DNA from: Selaginella moellendorffii | Lineage: Eukaryota > Plantae > Lycopodiophyta | Length of the DNA: 64,000 nt | NCBI RefSeq assembly: GCF_000143415.4 | Contig: NW_003314306.1 | Span: forward strand, 62,001-126,000 | Direction of reading: 5' to 3' | In this document: positions 58,901-64,000 of the stretch, in pieces | Numbering within the stretch: the stretch's first letter is position 1 | Layout: each line of letters starts with the position of its first letter | Made by a program: the position numbers and the translations under genes | Notes under the pieces: model-generated | Seen by the model: the letters and a program-made list of their open reading frames with translations, nothing else | What the model was told of the DNA's origin: nothing | Databases searched by the model: none

Positions 58901-61286
58901 GTCCGCTTTTATCTTAAATATTATTTTTCTTGGTTTACTCTATTATCTTGCATATTCTCAAGAATTTATAGGTATGAACTAAGGTTTGAATTAGGTTTCT
59001 ATTTAATGTCTTTTTACTTACAATTTCGTTTTAAAATAAATGTAAGAATAACAAACCTCTCAAAGCATTAGCAGTGATAGTCATGGATTGATTTAATTGT
59101 ATAAGTTTAATATCATTTTTATAAAACTTAGTAAATTAATTCATAAGAAAAAGTATATACAATTGATTTATTAGTTAGAAAAATCAGCATATATATATAT
59201 ATATAAATATATATATAACTAATTTTAATTACTGGATTGTCCTTTATATAACTATATTTACAAAAATATTAAAAACAATTATAATTTTTTATTCTGAATG
59301 GTTTAAAATTTTATTTAAAAGTCAGAATGTTGTACTAGGCCCCTCTTTCAAACCATTTAGTCAGCCACTGACAATGTACCCTCTACTATACTTTTACACA
59401 GCAAGCCTAGCTCTTTCAACCTACGCTTAAAGCCCTTAGCTACGCTTCCAAAATTGACCTTAGCTAGCTGGCTGGAAGTGTCCACTTCCATGCAGATCTC
59501 TCTCACCCCACCTCCTCGGAAGAAATTCATTTAAACCACTAGGATAGTTGCAGTAGTAGATTGTTTAGCAGTTAGCTAAGTAGCTATAAGCAGTTCTTGC
59601 AAGCGGCAAGAAAAATTGGTGTTTATAACCTGTCGAGGAGCTATGTCTTCAACTACGCCAGAGACGTATTAACCAGCGTATCAGCGTACGATTCTACGGA
59701 CGTGCTTTAGCACGTGAGACAGCAATCCCCCGCCGTCGTTTGTCGCCGTCAGAGGAGATGAGCAGACTGACGGAAAACTCGGTTTTGTTCCGTTTGGCTG
59801 ATGTACATGCATGGTCACACCCATGCCAGGCTTTGACGCGTGGCATATGTCATGATGGGTGACGCCCATGGCCATGCTATATCTACCGTTGGATGGCAAA
59901 ACTATGTGTGCAAAAATGGGTGGGAAAACTCTATTGCTGGCCGGGGAGTGTGGCATTCCAATCTCCTCTTTTGCTCGTCGCGCCCTGTGCTTAGGGTTTG
60001 GGGTTTAGGGCGAGGCGATCGTGCGCGCAGGCGCGAATGCGAGGGCGGCAGCGCGCGTGGGGAGCAATTCTTCGCGAAATCCTTCTGGCTTTCAGGTAAT
60101 CATGAGGGATTCCATCGATTCTTGCTTCGTGCTGCCGCTGCATTTAGAAATCCAGCTTGCTTTTCTGCGATTCCTTGCGAATCCGGTTGCTTTCGTAAGC
60201 TAGAACCTTCTCCTTTTGTTTTTTGTTCTGTGGATTTGCTATATTTTTTTTTGCTTTGGTTGTTGCTCGCTCTAGCGCTATGACCAAGTACTCTCCTTTG
60301 TTGGATTCGAGCGATACTATGATTGATTAATATTTTGTTTTCTTGTCCACTCTAGTGCTTGGCATTTTTTGTATTCGATTTCTTCTTGGGCTGTCGGGGC
60401 ATTGTCTTATACTTTACTCTTTCCTTCATCCCTGCGTTGCTTTTTTCTTCAACTTGCCGCCAAAGTCGTTTCCGTTTGCTGTTCACCAGTTAGCTTTTCT
60501 CCTCGCATCCAGAGCCCATCAAAGATTTCATATGTTATGTTTTCCAAGAGTGGGCTGCCTGTTCCCGGGAATGGTTTGTCTTTCCTCTCGCACGGATGCG
60601 GTGGATTTATGTGTGCAAGACGGGTTTCTGGGAGAGAAGGAAGTCAGTAACATTCCCAACATTGAAAGCTCTCCCTGTGATTTCTTTTCTCCTTTTGTCT
60701 TATTTTTGCGTTCCTTGACATTCGCGAGAATGAGATTCCTTTGTTTCTTCCTTCCTCTTCACCCCAGCTTGAACTTCCTCTTCTTGATGAAAGCCAGCTC
60801 ATTGGAACGACAACAATCATTGTTCTTCCGCTTTGTACCTCGCTTCTTGTTTCCAGAATTCATTAGCCTCGCCGCGCGCTGAGCCTACTCTCTGTGTGCA
60901 TGTTTTGGGCATCAATATTGCTAGCTGGTTGGATACTTAGCCTGCCTGTGCGTTGTGCATCCTTACATGGTCGTAGATAATGTTTCTAGTACCCATTGAT
61001 TTCAGGAGAGTCCCTCTTGTCTGTTGTGAGTGGTGAGTGGATGCGTGTGTTGTCTTGAAAGCAAGCCGTGTGTAGCTATAGTGAGCGACTGAACGGGAAA
61101 TTGCCGGAAGAAAGCATTGCTGCCGTAGAGAGACAGCATTACCAGAGGACGCACACCACTGCCCAGTGGTGGAATCAGCATCCAAAGGCCCAAAAAGGCA
61201 GCATTTTGGAGGATAATAGATTCCTCATAGTGCATCATAAAAGCATTGAAAGGAGGAGCTTTGCTTGACCTGCCTGGGAAAAGAAA

Positions 61287-64000
61287 ATGTCTTGCATTTC
61301 TCTATCCAGGCTGTGCTCACCGAATTCTATTTCACTTGCGGCCTCTCCTGATTCTGACTGTGATTCTTTGGTAATGGAAGGTCCCAGCAGATCCAATGCT
61401 ACTGCTATCCCCGCTCCTGCTTCATGCATGTGTTTGACAATGCCAAGTAGAGCGGCCGCTGGAACAGGAAGTAGTCATGGATCTGAGTCTCGGTCGTCTC
61501 ATCTGGACAAGCATGTGCACTTGACAAATTGTATTCATCTGAGAAATCGGTTTCATGTGCAGAGGCACAAGATGACGGTGGAAGCAAGGCACCACCTGAG
61601 TGCCGGTGGAGTAGCAGCAGCGGGCCTCCCTCTGATGAGGGAACTTACAGCTCTCAGCCGAACCCGTTCGCTCAGGGACCCTTCCACCAGCTCCATCCTT
61701 AAGTCGCCGCTGATGAAAGGCTCCAGTCCAGGAACACGGAAGCTGGAGCAGGCCTTGCGAGGTAAAGATAAGAGTACAGTAGCTACTGACCAGCAGCAGG
61801 AGCACAGGAATGACTCACAGACAGGAAGTAGTAATTTTGAGGCTAACAGGGGTGGAGAGTCTTACAAGTCGGCAGCGGTGTCCGAAGATCAAGACCCCTT
61901 GACCAAAGTTACAAAGCGAAACAGGAAAGTTCACCTGGATAGGTCCTCACTTGGCAGCCATGGAAGTGGAAGCCTCTCTAGGAAGATTGTTACTCAACTC
62001 CAGCAGCAGCAGCAGACTTTAGCTACGAATGTACAGGGACAGACCCCTTCTCCTCTGTCTCTGGGTGTCTACGACGATCCCAGCATTCTCCTCAAGTTCG
62101 CTGCTGGTCCTGCTGCTCCGAGAAGAAAAAGCAAGAATAACTCTTTTGAGAGTGATCCGGAAGCATCGGCCGAGGATGAGGTAGAGGAGAAGCAACAGGT
62201 CCAGAAAGTAAACGCAAGGTCCCGGTCACATTCTCCGTTGCTGTCGTCCAGAGATATTTCCAACAAAAGCAGGTCTCCAGTTGTCTCACGAGAAATTGCT
62301 AACACGAGAGCCTTCAGCTTCCCAGATCCCGGTCAACAGCACTACCACTATACAGGAACCAACGAAGATGAGTTGGAGTGCTCGCAAGAACCAAAGCACG
62401 GGTGTGGGATACCGTGGAACTGGTCCCGTCTGGGCCAGAAACCGAAGGGAAAAGGTTTCCTCGACAGCACGGGTAAAATGCTTCGTCCGGAAGTTTTAGC
62501 AAGGAGGAAGGCTGGAGAGCATACGCTCTCAAGAAGCCAGTCCGAGTCAGGCCGGGAACTCGCTACGGCTATGTTCCAGCAGGACTGTCTATCGTATTCT
62601 TCTGCCGGAAACTCGGACGCTGAGGCTCTTCCACTTTTGACAGAACCAGAGGCATCCGTAAGTGGTGACGTCGCTGCTTCGTCAGTAGAAGTTGACAGCG
62701 ACAATGTCGTAGCGGCGAGAGGAGAATTAAACCCGAGGGGTATTTTAGCACCGAAAGGGAGGTCTCAAGTTACGACGGAAGCTCTCCAGGCAAGGTTGCG
62801 AGAACGGCTGGGCTGGATATCCGAGCGAAGGGTGGTAGAAGGTGGTGGCAGTGATTTTAGGCAGAACAAAAGCTTAAGCTACAAATACCGGCCAAAGACG
62901 TTTCGAGACATGGTTGGCCAGAACGTGGTGATGCAGTCGCTCGCAAATGCGGTTCTTAGAGGACGCATCGTTTCGCTCTATCTGTTTCAAGGTCCGCGGG
63001 GCACAGGCAAGAGCTCCGCAGCTCGGGTTTTCGCTGCTGCTTTGAACTGCCTTTCCTCCGAGGAGCTCAGACCGTGTGGCCTGTGCCGGGAGTGCGTTGC
63101 GCTGAACCTTGGCAAGAGCTTGGACGTTCGAGAATTCGACGCCTCGAGATTCAACGGCCTAGGCAGCGTGAAGGAGCTCTTGGAAGTTGCGATTCTACCT
63201 CCCTCCTCTGGTCGATACAGGCTTTCGGTCGTGGACGAAGTTCACACTCTGACTGCCGAGTCATGGAATTTCTTCCTGAAAGGCATGGAAGAGCTTCCGG
63301 GGAACTCGATCGTGATTTTGATAACGAGCAACCCAGAGCAGCTACCACGGACGCTGGGTTCAAGGTGCCAAAAGTATCCGTTTACCAAGCTCAAGGACCC
63401 GGACATTATCAGCAGGCTGCAGAAGCTGGCGACGAAAGAAAACATCGACATCGAGATAGAAGCTCTTGAACTCATTGCGTCGAGGTCGAATGGATCACTC
63501 AGGGACGCGGAAATGACCCTCGACCAGCTTGGCCTTTTGGGACAAGTAGTGACACTGTCTACATTGCAAGAACTTGTAAGTTAACGAGAGGTTAGTTGGC
63601 TGGTGGGCTGGAAAATTGATATAACGTTATACTTCTCCAGGTTGGGCTCCTTCCCGATGACAAGCTGATGGATTTGCTGGATTTTGCTCTTTCCGGAGAT
63701 ACCGTGAGCACCGTGAAAAGTGTGAGGAATCTGCTGGAATCTGGTGTCGAGCCTCTCGCTCTCATGTCGCAACTAGCTACTCTTATCACGGACATGCTTG
63801 CGGGGAGCTACAAACCGGTTTTAACTCAACGAAAGAGGCGTTTTTTTCACAAAATTGCGTGTGAGTCCTTTGTTTTCTTCTTGAGTTGATGCTGACGTGC
63901 GTCTTTTTTTATCAACAGTGAGCAAAGAAGACTTGGAGAGGCTACGACAGGCTTTAAAAATACTTTCTGAAGCGGAGAAGCAAGTCCGGGCTTCAAGCGA
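61287..64000 (+). CDS. STICHEL-like protein (DNA polymerase III gamma/tau-like AAA+), partial; continues past the right edge
   Basis: ELTALSRTRSLRDPS, GCGIPWNWSR, KYRPKTFRDMVGQ, YLFQGPRGTGK, the zinc module PCGLCREC, SRCQKY and GSLRDAEMTLDQL. Later exons start at 63641 and about 63918. The start codon is 61287 or 61571. Confidence 0.92.

Noticed and set aside
45461-59340. Possible TIR pair CTAGTAACAACAT (45462) and ATGTTGTACTAG (59327)
   Set aside because: The match is short, gapped and AT-rich, does not extend, and has no TSD.
59991-60010. TTAGGGTTTGGGGTTTAGGG as an interstitial telomere
   Set aside because: Only two or three units; better explained as an ordinary telo-box near the 5' end of the STICHEL-like gene.
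60343-60882. 179-aa Phe/Leu-rich ORF
   Set aside because: Compositional artefact of T-rich sequence, probably a 5' UTR intron of the STICHEL-like gene; no canonical ATG start.
62880-63560. Bacterial dnaX or horizontal transfer interpretation
   Set aside because: The long plant-type N-terminus, STICHEL motifs and spliceosomal introns identify the ordinary plant STICHEL family.

Overview
Eukaryotic (land-plant) genomic DNA. Very short introns (mostly 45-75 nt), dense gene packing, a flagellar radial-spoke gene and a diterpene synthase matching my recollection of SmCPSKSL1 point to the lycophyte Selaginella (inference). The left end (1-8.8 kb) holds the main candidate system, a compact putative diterpenoid biosynthetic gene cluster: a bifunctional class II/class I diterpene synthase (runs off the left edge), a head-to-head BAHD acyltransferase (two inactivating lesions in this sequence), a CYP71-clan P450 and a CYP85-clan (CYP716-like) P450. 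Next come mitochondrial FtsH (m-AAA), radial spoke head RSP4/6, an FCP1/SCP-like phosphatase, and two intronless DUF2828/vWA paralogues in inverted orientation around about 12 kb of retroelement debris, including a full-length non-coding LTR element. Then a START protein, a C-terminally truncated UBP12/USP7-like gene, a coiled-coil protein and MAP3K-epsilon. A mobile-DNA-rich block (about 44.5-59.5 kb) contains an intact two-exon REase-like + kinase gene resembling Crinkler-type effectors, a decayed Gypsy element and an internally inverted pogo-like transposase. A STICHEL-like gene runs off the right edge. All family calls come from motifs read by eye; no searches were run.
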